A stretch of 64,000 nt of DNA, from the NCBI GenBank assembly GCA_965243835.1, contig OZ251578.1:1760303-1824302 (forward strand), written 5' to 3'. Source of the DNA: Candidatus Spongiisociaceae bacterium. GTDB lineage: Bacteria; Actinomycetota; Acidimicrobiia; Spongiisociales; Spongiisociaceae. Under the pieces are notes generated by a model, which was not told where the DNA came from, ran no database searches, and saw only the letters and a list, made by a program, of their open reading frames with translations. Numbering within the stretch: the stretch's first letter is position 1; every line of letters begins with the position of its first letter. The position numbers were made by a program, and so were the translations under genes. Of the stretch, positions 50,262 to 60,367 are shown piece after piece.

Positions 50262-50747
50262 TCAGCTCCCCTCTCCGTCGCCTGCGGCGGCTTGGGCTTG
50301 CCCGGCGGCCTGGATGGCCGACACGATGTTCAAATATCCGGTGCACCGGCAGATGTTGCCGGAAATGGCCCAGCGCACCTCGTCGTCGGAGGGGCTGGGG
50401 TTTTCTTCCAGAAGGGACGCTCCGACCAGCATCATCCCCGGGGTGCAGAAACCGCACTGCAACCCGTGGTGGGACTTGAACGCCTCCTGGACGGGATGCA
50501 GTTCCCCGTTCTGCTTCAGGCCTTCCACGGTGGTTACTTCCCGTCCGTCGGCCTGCACCGCGAACATCGTGCAGGACTTCACCGGGCGGCCGTCGAGCAG
50601 AACCGTGCACGCTCCGCAGGAAGTGGTGTCGCATCCGATGTGGGTTCCGCGCAACTCCAAGTCGGAGCGGATGAAATCCACCAGGAGCCGCCGGGGCTCC
50701 ACCTCCCGGGTTTCCCCGGAGCCGTTGATCGTTACCGTAACCTGCAT
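50262..50747 (-). CDS. coxS: CO dehydrogenase small subunit, (2Fe-2S)-binding
   Basis: Two [2Fe-2S] motifs (CDTTSCGACTV; CGFCTPG ... CRCTGY); start MQVTVTING overlapping the coxM stop (ATGA). Confidence 0.85.
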   Translation of the reverse strand: MQVTVTINGSGETREVEPRRLLVDFIRSDLELRGTHIGCDTTSCGACTVLLDGRPVKSCTMFAVQADGREVTTVEGLKQNGELHPVQEAFKSHHGLQCGFCTPGMMLVGASLLEENPSPSDDEVRWAISGNICRCTGYLNIVSAIQAAGQAQAAAGDGEGS

Positions 50748-51622
50748 CAGCTCTCCCCTCTTGCTTGGGCGAGGGCGGAGGCGAACCCCCGCCGGGTGTA
50801 TTCGGCGACCACCGCCCGCTTGTATTCGGCGGGACCGCGGACATCGCCGTCCGGGTCGCAGGAGCGGGCGGCGATTTGCGCCGCTTCCGCAAACAGTTCG
50901 GGCCCGGGTCGCTGACCGGCCATCATCTGTTCGGCGGCGGTCACTTTCAGGTTGTGCGGATAAACCGAAGTGAGGGCCAATCCCGCTTCGGCCACCCGGC
51001 CGGACTCGTCCAATTGGAGGTGGGTCGCCACCCCCACCGTGGCGTAATCGCCGATTTTGCGCTCCAGTTTCAGGTAGGCGCCGCCGGCCGCCCCCCGGTA
51101 GCGGGGGATGCGGACTTCCGTAACCATCTCCCCCGGCTCCAAGGCGTTGGTGAACGGGCCGACTATGAAATCCGCGGCCGGGATGGTCCGTTCGCCTGCG
51201 GCGGAGCGGACGGCCACCGCAGCCCCCACCGCCAGCATCACCGAGTTCCAATCCCCCTCCGGATCGCAGTGGGCCACCGAACCGCACAGGGTTCCCCGGT
51301 TGCGCACCAGCGGATCGGAAATCCAGGGAGCGGCGGCGGCCATGGTGCGATTGGCGCGTTTCACCAAGTCGGAGGCGGCCACGTCCGCGTGCCGGGCCAA
51401 GGCTCCGACCGCCAGATGCCCGTTGGACTCCCGGATGTAGTCCAGCCCGGTCAGGTTGTTGATGTCAACCAGGTAGCCGGGAGAGGCCAGCCGCAGTTTC
51501 ATCATCGGAATCAGGCTCTGCCCTCCGGCGAGAACCCGTCCTCCGCCCCCCGCCTCCCCCAAAGCGGACAACGCCTCGCCCAGGGTGGCGGGAGCCGAAT
51601 ACTCAAAAGCGGATGGATACAC
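50747..51622 (-). CDS. coxM: CO dehydrogenase medium subunit, FAD-binding
   Basis: FAD-binding CoxM blocks (AGGQSLIPMMKLR, AHCDPEGD). GTG start at 51622 preceded by AAGGAGG at 8-nt spacing; MSL gene order typical of form I. Confidence 0.75.
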   Translation of the reverse strand: MYPSAFEYSAPATLGEALSALGEAGGGGRVLAGGQSLIPMMKLRLASPGYLVDINNLTGLDYIRESNGHLAVGALARHADVAASDLVKRANRTMAAAAPWISDPLVRNRGTLCGSVAHCDPEGDWNSVMLAVGAAVAVRSAAGERTIPAADFIVGPFTNALEPGEMVTEVRIPRYRGAAGGAYLKLERKIGDYATVGVATHLQLDESGRVAEAGLALTSVYPHNLKVTAAEQMMAGQRPGPELFAEAAQIAARSCDPDGDVRGPAEYKRAVVAEYTRRGFASALAQARGES

Positions 51623-52098
51623 GACCCGCACCTCCTTGGTTTCGCTCTTGCCTTTCCCCTTGTATAGCAGGTTTCCCGGCCGCGCGCCGGAAAAGCGCGG
51701 GAATTTTTGCCCGGCGCCGCGGATAGGCGCCGGAAGTCGCAGAACCGGGGGCGGACGACGGGAGCGGGCGTTCGCGAACCGGGGGAAACAGGAGTTGTTT
51801 TGCCTCGCAAAATTCGTATATTGAATTTTACAGGCGTAAAAATATCTAAAACAGCGGCGTTGCCATGACCGATCAACACCCGCAACCGTCGCCCGGGGAC
51901 GCCGCCGTATAGCGGACCTTTTGGGAACGCGCCCGCTGGACGGGTCGACAACCCGTGGGCGCAGGCCGTGTGCGCCGGCCAAGACGTTGGCAACAGTTTT
52001 GCTTAGGTGAAGACTAGGAATATCCGGTCTTTGAGAAGATTTAGCCAGCCTCTGACCAAGGCGCCCCGCTTCCCTAGCTTGGCAACCATTTATAGCGC

Positions 52099-52839
52099 CT
52101 ACCGCGAGCGCGGCATTTCGTTGTATGTCTCACCGTGCAGTATGCGGCCGCCGGATTTGGGGGTGCGGCCGCCCCATTGTTTGAAGAAAAAAGGGATCCG
52201 GGAATCGGCGCATTGTTCGCGTAGGTCGATCGCCCATTCGGGTTGCATTGGACGGGCTCCCGGGCCGCTTTCGCCGCCCACTATCATCCAATGCACTCCG
52301 CTCAAATCCAGGTTCGGCAGGGGTCCGAGCAAGGGTTCGGCGCTTACGAACCTGATGGCAGCGTCCACCTCGCGCAGATGGTCGATCCTGAACTTGTAGC
52401 GGGCGGTTTCCACGCTTACCCCCATCCACAGGTTGGGCGGCCACTCCAGCGCTTGTCCGAAGCGGGCCAGTCGGCGGGAACGTTTAGTGAGCAACTGGTA
52501 CTGGTGCCGGGGAGTGTCGGCGATCACATCAAACACGCGGCGAATGAACTCGTCGGGCACATCCTTGTGGAACAAGTCGCTCATCGAGTCCACGAAAATG
52601 GTGCGCGGCTTGCGCCAAGAGCGGGGAATATCCAAGGCCTTGGGATGCAAGGTCATCCCGAAACCCGGCCCGCTGGTGCGAGGGTCGCCGTCCCGGCGAT
52701 ACTTCTCCACTCCCATCGCCTGCAACCGCTTCGCCAACGTGAGCGCGTAGCAGTTGTCGCACCCCGGCGAAGTGCGATCGCACCCGGTGGTCGGATTCCA
52801 GGTGGCCCCGGTCCACTCGATCGCGGTCTTGTCAGACAT
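52099..52839 (-). CDS. phage Gp37/Gp68 family protein (DUF5131, three-Cys motif)
   Basis: N-terminal AIEWTGATWNPTTGCDRTSPGCDNCYA pattern characteristic of PF07505-type proteins (recalled from memory). Confidence 0.6.
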   Translation of the reverse strand: MSDKTAIEWTGATWNPTTGCDRTSPGCDNCYALTLAKRLQAMGVEKYRRDGDPRTSGPGFGMTLHPKALDIPRSWRKPRTIFVDSMSDLFHKDVPDEFIRRVFDVIADTPRHQYQLLTKRSRRLARFGQALEWPPNLWMGVSVETARYKFRIDHLREVDAAIRFVSAEPLLGPLPNLDLSGVHWMIVGGESGPGARPMQPEWAIDLREQCADSRIPFFFKQWGGRTPKSGGRILHGETYNEMPRSR

Positions 52840-52842
52840 CGG

Positions 52843-53565
52843 CTATTCCTCCTCGTTTCCGCGGCGAGCGCCCTCTGTCCGCCGGTTGTCCCGGGCCGGC
52901 GAATGTTCGCCGTCGGCTTCCAAACCCCACGCGTGCCATCCGTCAGCGCGGCGTCGGGCGAACAGCTCGATTTTCTTCGATTCGGGAAACATCCGCTCGA
53001 TGCGCTTGCGCACCTCCGCCGGTTTCTCCGAATGCGGACCCCGTTTGGCGCTCAGGAACTGCCGTACGTTGCGCGCCCCGCGCGGGTGCGGTATTTTGCC
53101 GCGCTTGAAAACCAGGCACAGCTCGCACTGGCTCATCGTGTAGAAGCCGGGGTTGACCCGCACCTTGTCCCACACGAAAGCGACCGTCGCCCATGCGAAG
53201 CCCCACGATTTGCCCAAATCAATGGCCTGATCCAGGTGAGGGTTGGTGGCCCACATAAACAGCAGGCAGTCGTCGGCCGCTATGTCGGGCACGGACAGAT
53301 CCTTCAGGTGGTCGAGAGTAACGGTCGGGTAATGCCGCATCGCCCCGCCCGTATCCCGGCTCCCCGCCCCGGCGTGCTGCAACTGCCCCTTGTAGTCCCA
53401 AGGCGGGTCGGCGTAGATGATGTCAAACCGGCCTTGCGGCAGTTCGGGGAAGTCGCCGGAAACTCCGTTCCAGAGATGGTCGAACGCGGCGCGCGTCAAC
53501 CGCCCGGGCTCCGCTTCCGCCGACGGACGAGCCAAATTTCCCGTTACGGCCATCTTGCTCCTCAC
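52843..53565 (-). CDS. MT-A70-family N6-adenine methyltransferase
   Basis: Catalytic motif IIYADPPWDY (DPPW), MT-A70-type fold order; 4-nt gap to the DUF5131 gene. Confidence 0.7.
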   Translation of the reverse strand: MRSKMAVTGNLARPSAEAEPGRLTRAAFDHLWNGVSGDFPELPQGRFDIIYADPPWDYKGQLQHAGAGSRDTGGAMRHYPTVTLDHLKDLSVPDIAADDCLLFMWATNPHLDQAIDLGKSWGFAWATVAFVWDKVRVNPGFYTMSQCELCLVFKRGKIPHPRGARNVRQFLSAKRGPHSEKPAEVRKRIERMFPESKKIELFARRRADGWHAWGLEADGEHSPARDNRRTEGARRGNEEE

Positions 53566-53642
53566 CTCTTCCGTCCGGAGCGTCCGGGGCGAATCCGAAA
53601 CGCCCCGGACGGAATCAGTGTATCGGGCAATCCGCTAACCGG

Positions 53643-54686
53643 TCAGGCGGTGGCGGGTTGGGGGGTTTCCGCCCCGGCCGGCGCCTCGGAATCGGGTTCC
53701 GGCGGGGGGTTGACCGCGGCCAGCACCATGTCCTGGAGTTGCACGGCCACCTCCGGGTTCTCCCGCAGGAAAGCCTTGGCCTTCTCCCGTCCCTGGCCCA
53801 GCTGATCCCCGTCGAACGTGTACCAGGCCCCGCTCTTTTTCACGATGCCCTCGTCCACCGCCACGTCCAGCAGGCTCCCCTCCCGGGAGATGCCCTTGCC
53901 GAACATAATGTCGAACTCGGCCGTCCGGAATGGGGGTGCCACCTTGTTCTTCACCACCCGGGCACGCACCCGGTTGCCGATCTGCACGCCGCCGTCCTTG
54001 ATGGCCTCGATGCGGCGCACGTCGATCCGCACGCTGGAATAGAACTTGAGGGCGCGACCGCCGGGCGTCACCTCCGGCGACCCGTACACCACCCCGATCT
54101 TCTCCCGCAGTTGGTTGATGAAGATGGCGGTGGTGGACGACCGGTTGATCCCGGCCGTCAACTTGCGCAGGGCCTGCGACATCAGCCGGGCCTGCAAGCC
54201 GACATGGGTATCCCCCATCTCCCCTTCGATCTCGGCCCGGGGCACCAGGGCGGCCACCGAATCCACCACCACCACGTCCAGGGCGTTGGAACGCACCAGG
54301 ATGTCGGCGATTTCCAGGGCCTGCTCCCCGGTGTCGGGCTGGGACAGCAACAGTTCGTCGGTGTTCACCCCCAGCGCCTGCGCGTACACCGGGTCCAGGG
54401 CGTGTTCGGCGTCCACGAAGGCGGCTTGCCCGCCGTTGCGTTGCGCCTCGGCCACCACATGCAGGGCGAGGGTCGTCTTGCCGCTGGACTCCGGGCCGTA
54501 CATCTCCACCACCCGTCCCCGGGGCACCCCCCCGATCCCCAGGGCGATGTCCAGAGCCAGGGCCCCGGTGGGGATGTGCTCGATCCGCAGGTGGGTCCCC
54601 TCGCCCAGCCGCATGATGGCCCCCTTGCCGAACTGCCGTTCGATCTGGGTCATGGCCGTGTCAAGGGCCTGATTTTTTTGCTTCAT
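53643..54686 (-). CDS. recA: recombinase RecA
   Basis: Canonical RecA sequence (GPESSGKTT Walker [14 protein letters not shown]1/L2 loops); start at MKQKNQ (54686). Confidence 0.95.
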   Translation of the reverse strand: MKQKNQALDTAMTQIERQFGKGAIMRLGEGTHLRIEHIPTGALALDIALGIGGVPRGRVVEMYGPESSGKTTLALHVVAEAQRNGGQAAFVDAEHALDPVYAQALGVNTDELLLSQPDTGEQALEIADILVRSNALDVVVVDSVAALVPRAEIEGEMGDTHVGLQARLMSQALRKLTAGINRSSTTAIFINQLREKIGVVYGSPEVTPGGRALKFYSSVRIDVRRIEAIKDGGVQIGNRVRARVVKNKVAPPFRTAEFDIMFGKGISREGSLLDVAVDEGIVKKSGAWYTFDGDQLGQGREKAKAFLRENPEVAVQLQDMVLAAVNPPPEPDSEAPAGAETPQPATA

Positions 54687-54983
54687 TGCCTTTGCTCCTT
54701 CGTGCGTTGTCGATTGCGCCTTGCGCTTTCCTCCGCCCGGTGCCGGACCGGCCCCGGTCGGCGCGCGTCGCCTGTGGAGCACTAAGGTACGGACTGCCTG
54801 TGACAAAAACGCGGGCGGGGCCGTTTCCGACCCGTTCTTCGCTTTCCTCCTTGCCTTCTCTCCGCCCGTCGGCAGGTCGCACCCGCCTTAAATTACACGA
54901 ATGTTTTTCAACATCGGGGCAATTCGTCCTTGCGCCCCCGCAGGGATGCAAAGTCCAATATGCCTCATTTCCGCGGCGAATAC

Positions 54984-55005
54984 TACCCGAACGTATGTTC
55001 GGTAG
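54984..55005. promoter_or_regulatory. LexA SOS box (TACCCGAACGTATGTTCGGTAG) in the thpR-recA intergenic region, about 300 nt upstream of the recA start
   Basis: Same CGAACGTATGTTCG palindrome as at 36785-36798. Confidence 0.6.
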
Positions 55006-55112
55006 CAAGTATTTGGATTCCGGGCGGCGAACAGGGACGGCGGCGGGCGGAGGGGCAATCGCCGAAACCCTTGCCGGACAAGGAAAAACGAACGGCGGGC
55101 AGTGCCGGGGAT

Positions 55113-55739
55113 TTAGAGCGGAAAGGTTTCCAGCCTCTGGTAGCGGGCCGGTTTTCCGCCCAGGAAACTGCGGTACAGCGCCACCTCGGTCACCGCTATT
55201 TTCACTCCTAAGCGGGCGGAGGAGGAGCCGGCCGGATCGTCCCGGCCGCCAGCCCCCGCCGGACGCAGGTCCACGGGCGGGCGGAAGCGGGCCAGGGTGA
55301 GATGGGGATGGAAGGGACGCTCCTCCGGGGGGAGGCCGGCCGACCGCGCCGCCTCCTCCGCCGCCGTCGCCAAGCGCGCCAGGCCGTCCCGTCCGCGGGC
55401 CACTCCCAGCCAGGCCGTCGTCGCCCGGGACGGTTTCGGGAAAGCCCCCAACCCGCCCCACCGCATGTTAAAAGGAGCGGGGGTTTCGGCCCGGTCCAGG
55501 GCGGCGTCCAAGGCGGCGCACAGCCGTTCCAGAACCGGCCGCTCCACCTCCCCCGCGAACCGCAAAGTCAGGTGAAAGTTGCCGACCGGAACCGGGCGGG
55601 CCCGCCCCCGGCCGCCGTCGCCGGATGCGGAGGATTCCCCGGCCGGCAAACGGAGTTCCGAGCGCCACCGGTCGACGGCCAACTGCGTTTCATGGGGAAT
55701 AGGGACGGCGGCGAACACCCGAAACCGGGTTTCACCCAT
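55113..55739 (-). CDS. thpR: RNA 2',3'-cyclic phosphodiesterase (2H phosphoesterase, ThpR/LigT)
   Basis: Two H-x-T-x motifs (HLTLRF, HPHLTLAR). Confidence 0.8.
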   Translation of the reverse strand: MGETRFRVFAAVPIPHETQLAVDRWRSELRLPAGESSASGDGGRGRARPVPVGNFHLTLRFAGEVERPVLERLCAALDAALDRAETPAPFNMRWGGLGAFPKPSRATTAWLGVARGRDGLARLATAAEEAARSAGLPPEERPFHPHLTLARFRPPVDLRPAGAGGRDDPAGSSSARLGVKIAVTEVALYRSFLGGKPARYQRLETFPL

Positions 55740-56985
55740 CGGACCTCCACCATTCCCCGATGAGGGCCAGGCGGGTCAGTTGCAGGGCGGCGGTGGTCGC
55801 GTACGCCCGCACCCGCTCCCGATCGCCGGGCAGCCGCAACATTTTGACCCGCGCCCCCTCCGGGGTGCGCACCGCGATGAAAACCTCCCCCGGCGGGCGC
55901 TCCAGGGGCTCCGGCCCGGCCGAACCGGTTACGGCCACCGCCGCCTCCGCCCCCAGCAGGCGGGCCGCCCCCTCCGCCATGGCCCGGGCGGTTTCGGCGC
56001 TGACCGCCCCGTGTTCCTCCAACAGGGCGGCGGGCACCCCCAGCGCCCCCGTTTTCACCTGCGGGTGGTAGGCGACCGCCCCGCCCCGGAAGACCGCCGA
56101 CGCCCCCGGAACCATGCTCAGCCGGGCGGCCACCATCCCCGCCGTCATGGACTCGGCGGCCCCGATCGTCCATCCCCGCCGGGCCGACTCCTCCAGGATG
56201 ACGCCCTCGATGGTCTGCTCGTCGGCGGCGAACACGGAGGAACCCAACCTGCGCCGCACTTCGTCTTCCACCGGGGCGATCATGGCCCGGGCCCGCTCCT
56301 CGTCGGGGGCTTTGGCGGAGATGCGCACCTTCACCTCCCCGGCGGAGGCCAGGTAGGCCAGGGACGGATTGACCTCCCGGTGGTAAATATCGTCCAGGAT
56401 TTCCGCCACCGCCGACTCGCCCCTCCCCCAGGTGCGCAACATCCGGCTCACCAACACTTCGCTTCCCCCCGACTCTTCGGCCAATACTCCCGCTGCGTGG
56501 TCTTCGAACATGCGGTGCATTTCGGCGGGCACTCCGGGCAGGACGATGATCAGCGCCCCCAGGCTCCGGAGGACCAGGCCGGGGGCGGTGCCCCGGGGGT
56601 TGGGCAGCAACCGCGCCCCCTGCGGATGCTCGGCCTGACGCAGGTTGTTTTCCGGCAAACTCAGCCCCCGCCTCCGCCAGCGGGACTGCAAGTCGGCGGC
56701 GTATTCCCGGTCGTAGGCCATTTCCAGTCCGGCGGCGGCGCAGACGGCCTCCCGGGTCACATCGTCGGGGGTGGGGCCCAGGCCGCCGGTGATCAGCACC
56801 GCGTCGGCCCGGGCGGCGGCGGCGCAAATGGCCTCCGTCATCCGCTCCAGGTTGTCCCCCACCACCGTCTGATAGTGGGCGTCGTGCCCCAACTCGGCCA
56901 ACCGGGCCCCCAGGTAGGCGCAGTTGGTGTTGACGGTCTGCCCCAGCAGCAACTCGGTTCCCACCGCCACGATTTCCACGATCAT
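55732..56985 (-). CDS. cinA: CinA-family competence/damage-inducible protein (MoCF-binding N-domain + NMN deamidase C-domain)
   Basis: N-terminal MIVEIVAVGTELLLGQ, C-terminal CinA domain (GAAESMTAGMVAARL); located upstream of recA as in many Gram-positives. Confidence 0.85.
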   Translation of the reverse strand: MIVEIVAVGTELLLGQTVNTNCAYLGARLAELGHDAHYQTVVGDNLERMTEAICAAAARADAVLITGGLGPTPDDVTREAVCAAAGLEMAYDREYAADLQSRWRRRGLSLPENNLRQAEHPQGARLLPNPRGTAPGLVLRSLGALIIVLPGVPAEMHRMFEDHAAGVLAEESGGSEVLVSRMLRTWGRGESAVAEILDDIYHREVNPSLAYLASAGEVKVRISAKAPDEERARAMIAPVEDEVRRRLGSSVFAADEQTIEGVILEESARRGWTIGAAESMTAGMVAARLSMVPGASAVFRGGAVAYHPQVKTGALGVPAALLEEHGAVSAETARAMAEGAARLLGAEAAVAVTGSAGPEPLERPPGEVFIAVRTPEGARVKMLRLPGDRERVRAYATTAALQLTRLALIGEWWRSDG

Positions 56986-57403
56986 CCGACGACTCCTTGC
57001 GGCTTGCGCCCGGCGTTTCCGGGCGGCGGCGGGCACGGCATCCGTCCGTCGCCGATTATCGTCGTCATCCGCCGGTGAAAGCGCGGCCCCGACCCGACCC
57101 GCGTGTTTCCCGCGTCGCCGGTTTTGACCGGGACGCCCGCCGAATGCGAGACACAAATCTCCCCCGCCCCAACCCCGAGGATCGCCAATGAAGCAGAAGC
57201 CCCCAACGACCGCCTTTGCGCCCACCCGGCCGCCCCGTTGCCCGCCGTCACCGGAATCCTCCCCGCAACCCCGCGTACGCCAACCGCTTCGGTTGCGAAC
57301 GGCCGTTGCTCGTCCCCCCCGCCCGACTCCGCGGACCCCCGACGGGAGCGACCGCCCCGGAACATCCGCCCCTGCGCCCGCCCGACCGCCGCCTCCCCCG
57401 CCG

Positions 57404-58858
57404 TCACCGTAGAACCTCCTGCGGCCCGCGCGCGCCGACGGTTCCGTTGCGAACGGGGGCGTCTCCGTTGGGGGAGGAACCGGAAACGGACAGCACCCGG
57501 GCCGCCTGATCGGTTTCGTAGGAGCCGGTGATCTCCGCCCGCACCCACTCCCCCGGCCGCCCCCGGTCCAGGCAGATCAAGCCGTCGATGTCGGGGGCCT
57601 GCCGGTGGGAGCGCCCCACCGGGGTTCCGTCCTCCACCTGATCCACCAGCACTTCGTGGATTTGCCCCACCCCGGCCGCGTTGCGGTCGGCGGTGATCCG
57701 GTCCTGAACGGCGGACAGCTCCCGGATGCGGGCCGCGGTTTCCCGCGCATCCGCCCGGCCTTCCATGGCGACGGCGGCGGTGCCCGACTCGGGGGAGTAG
57801 GGGAAAAACCCGGCCCAGTCCAGGCGGGCTTCGGCCAGGAAATCGGCCAACTCCTCCACATCGGCCGGGGTTTCCCCCGGAAAACCGACGATGAAAGAGG
57901 AACGCAGGGCGGCGTCGGGGGCGGCCTCCCGGATGCGGCCGATCAGTTTCAGATGGCTGTCGAAACTCCCCGGGCGGCGCATAGCGCGCAACAGGGGGCG
58001 GGAGGCGTGCTGCAGGCTCAAGTCGAAGTAGGGGGCGATGACCGGGCTGTCGGCCATCTCCTCGATCAGGGCGGGCCGGATTTCGGTCGGATACAGGTAA
58101 AGGAGGCGCAGGCGGCGCAGGCCGTCCGCATCGCCGATGAACCGGAGCAGGTCCACGATGGTATGGCCGGGGCGGGAGGAGGCGGTCAGGTCGCGCCCGT
58201 AGGCGGCCAGGTCCTGGGCGACCAGCACGATCTCGGACGCTCCCCCCTCCCCCAAAGCGGAGATTTCGTTGCGGATGTCGATGGGGCGGCGGGAGCGTTG
58301 CGGGCCCCGGATGAGGGGAATGGCGCAGAAGGCGCAGGTTTTGTCGCACCCTTCGGCTATTTTCACATAGGCGTAGGGCAGGGCCGGGGCGGGGCGGTGC
58401 GTCATTTCCAGAATGTCCATTTTGGGGCGGCGGGGGCCGAGGCGCACCGGGGTCCAGTCGGTCAGGTCGTCCAGCAGGCCGACCATTTCCCCGTAGCGGT
58501 CCAGGCCGATTACCGCGTCCGCCTCCTCCGCCAGGGCCTCCTCCAGTTCCGCCCCGTAACGCTGGGCCATGCATCCCATCACCACCAAGCGGGCCGAGTC
58601 TGCTTTGGCGGCGTGGGCGTCCAGGATGGTTTCCACGGACTCTTGGCGGGCGGCTTCGATGAAGGCGCAGGTGTTGATCATCACCACGTCGGCGCTTTCC
58701 AGGTCGGCCCCGGTGCGGTAGCCGGATCCGGCCAGCAGGGCGGTCACCTTGTCGGTGTCCACCTGGTTTTTGGGGCACCCCAGGGTGGTGATGTGCACCC
58801 GGGGGGCGCGTCCGGTTCCGGTTTCCGTTGCGACGGCGGGGGCGGGGGCGGAGGGCAT
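57404..58858 (-). CDS. MiaB/RimO-family radical-SAM methylthiotransferase with TRAM domain
   Basis: UPF0004 N-domain Cys triad (C..C..C), radical SAM CDKTCAFC, C-terminal TRAM; start provisionally at MPSAPAPA. Confidence 0.8.
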   Translation of the reverse strand: MPSAPAPAVATETGTGRAPRVHITTLGCPKNQVDTDKVTALLAGSGYRTGADLESADVVMINTCAFIEAARQESVETILDAHAAKADSARLVVMGCMAQRYGAELEEALAEEADAVIGLDRYGEMVGLLDDLTDWTPVRLGPRRPKMDILEMTHRPAPALPYAYVKIAEGCDKTCAFCAIPLIRGPQRSRRPIDIRNEISALGEGGASEIVLVAQDLAAYGRDLTASSRPGHTIVDLLRFIGDADGLRRLRLLYLYPTEIRPALIEEMADSPVIAPYFDLSLQHASRPLLRAMRRPGSFDSHLKLIGRIREAAPDAALRSSFIVGFPGETPADVEELADFLAEARLDWAGFFPYSPESGTAAVAMEGRADARETAARIRELSAVQDRITADRNAAGVGQIHEVLVDQVEDGTPVGRSHRQAPDIDGLICLDRGRPGEWVRAEITGSYETDQAARVLSVSGSSPNGDAPVRNGTVGARGPQEVLR

Positions 58859-58960
58859 ATCGGTCAGTCTAAAAGGGACAGCGGACATTATGGGACGCAA
58901 CGGCGGCGGCGCGGCGATCGGCGGCTTCCCGCATCCTTTGTCTCGTTATATCCCGCGTCC

Positions 58961-60019
58961 TTATATCTCGGGGAAAAAGTAGCGGCGGATGACGTCCAAG
59001 CGGTCGTCGAAGCCGTCGGGGTGCAGATACCAGAGGGTGGCGGCCAAGGTGGACAGCATCGGGTTGCCGTCCTGGGGGGTGAAGCAGAATCCGACCACCC
59101 GCCTGCCTTCCCGCACGGTCAGGGTTTCCACCGGCACCACCGTCTGGCTGAGGATGCGCCCGTAGTAGCCGTGGTCGCGCCCGAAGGAGAAGATGCGTCC
59201 GGCGGAGCGTTTGTAGGTGAGGGCCACCCGGGGGTTGGCGGTCAGCCTGCTCACCGCCTGCTCGACGGTGATGTCGTGGTCCAGGCGAATGTCGAAGTGG
59301 AGGGTGTGCATGTATTGGCTGTTGATTTTGAGGGCGGAGGAGAACAGGTTCAGGTCGTGGCCCAGGGTTTGGAAAAGGTGATGGGCGTCGCGGGCGTGAT
59401 GGGTGCCGAACCGGTCCTGCTTGTGGGTTTCCACGGTGGGGCCGGGCACGAACCCGCCGTCCTGGCTGATGTCGTTGGCCCGCCGGATGCACAAGAAGGA
59501 ACCGTTGACGACGCGGGAGCCTCCGTCCGGGTCGAAGCCGAGGGTTTTGAGAAGGACGGCGATGTTGTGGGTGTTGCAGGACACGATGTGGATGAAGCGG
59601 TCCCGACGGCGCTCCAAGGCCTGGTCGTTGATGCCCCGGGCGTACATCTTCCCGAACCCGAATTCGGAACCCTGGGCGAGAAAGCCGAGCACGCCGGGGG
59701 CGTTCCCGTAGTGCAGTTCCTTGTTTTCGTTGCCGGAGGGGGTGCAGTCGATGACCACCGAGGCCCGCTCCAGGGCTTCCCGGGTTTCATACCGGGCGCG
59801 GTGGCCCAGCTCCGCGAATCCGGCCCAGCGGTCGGCGTCCACCGCCAGGCGCGCCCCCCGCCGCACCAGGTCGTTGACCTTGCCCCGCTCGTCCCGGAGC
59901 GGCGTGCGCTTGTGAAAGGTCACCTCGTCGATCCCGAACGTCCGCTGATGATCCGCCAAGAGCCCGATCAACGGCTCCCCGATCGTCCCGGTCCCGATAA
60001 CGTGAACAATATTTGCCAT
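58961..60019 (-). CDS. type II (archaeal-type) glyceraldehyde-3-phosphate dehydrogenase family protein
   Basis: NAD-binding GTGTIG, catalytic region IVSCNTHN resembling the type II GAPDH SCNTT motif. Confidence 0.5.
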   Translation of the reverse strand: MANIVHVIGTGTIGEPLIGLLADHQRTFGIDEVTFHKRTPLRDERGKVNDLVRRGARLAVDADRWAGFAELGHRARYETREALERASVVIDCTPSGNENKELHYGNAPGVLGFLAQGSEFGFGKMYARGINDQALERRRDRFIHIVSCNTHNIAVLLKTLGFDPDGGSRVVNGSFLCIRRANDISQDGGFVPGPTVETHKQDRFGTHHARDAHHLFQTLGHDLNLFSSALKINSQYMHTLHFDIRLDHDITVEQAVSRLTANPRVALTYKRSAGRIFSFGRDHGYYGRILSQTVVPVETLTVREGRRVVGFCFTPQDGNPMLSTLAATLWYLHPDGFDDRLDVIRRYFFPEI

Positions 60020-60088
60020 GGCCCCAATCTACCCTTTGGCGGGACCGCGCCGTCGGAAAACGTCACTTGGCCCCGCTACAATGGCCGT

Positions 60089-60367
60089 ATGAACCGTGCA
60101 ACCGATGCCAAACCGATGACGGTAGGCGACCTGGTGCGGGAACTGTCCCGCTACCCGGACGACCTGCGCGTAATGGTGAGCGGCTACGAGGACGGCTTCG
60201 ACGACTTGGAGCCCGGCCTGCTCTCCGTGCGGGACGTAGCCCTCGATCGACACCCGGAGTGGTTCTACGGCCGACACGACACCCCCCTCCCGGAAGACGC
60301 GGAGGACGTCGCGACCGTGCCCGCCCTTCTCATCCACCGCCCCAACAAAACAGACGACCTGCCATGA
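60089..60367 (+). CDS. small hypothetical protein (92 aa) translationally coupled to the downstream AAA_21 ATPase
   Basis: ATG at 60089; stop TGA overlaps next ATG (ATGA at 60364-60367). Confidence 0.45.
   Translation: MNRATDAKPMTVGDLVRELSRYPDDLRVMVSGYEDGFDDLEPGLLSVRDVALDRHPEWFYGRHDTPLPEDAEDVATVPALLIHRPNKTDDLP

Noticed and set aside
50260-50892. About 210-aa N-terminal extension of CoxL in the ORF track (start at 50892)
   Set aside because: The extension overlaps coxS in another frame and is Arg/Pro-rich. The conserved CoxL N-terminus (MTQELRTTPEVGG) begins at ATG 50259 with a good RBS.
53565-53642. Hairpin tccggggcgaatccgaaacgccccgga downstream of recA as a rho-independent terminator
   Set aside because: On the recA (minus) strand the stem is not followed by a U-run. 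It may still act as a stabilizer or rho-dependent site, but it is not callable as an intrinsic terminator.
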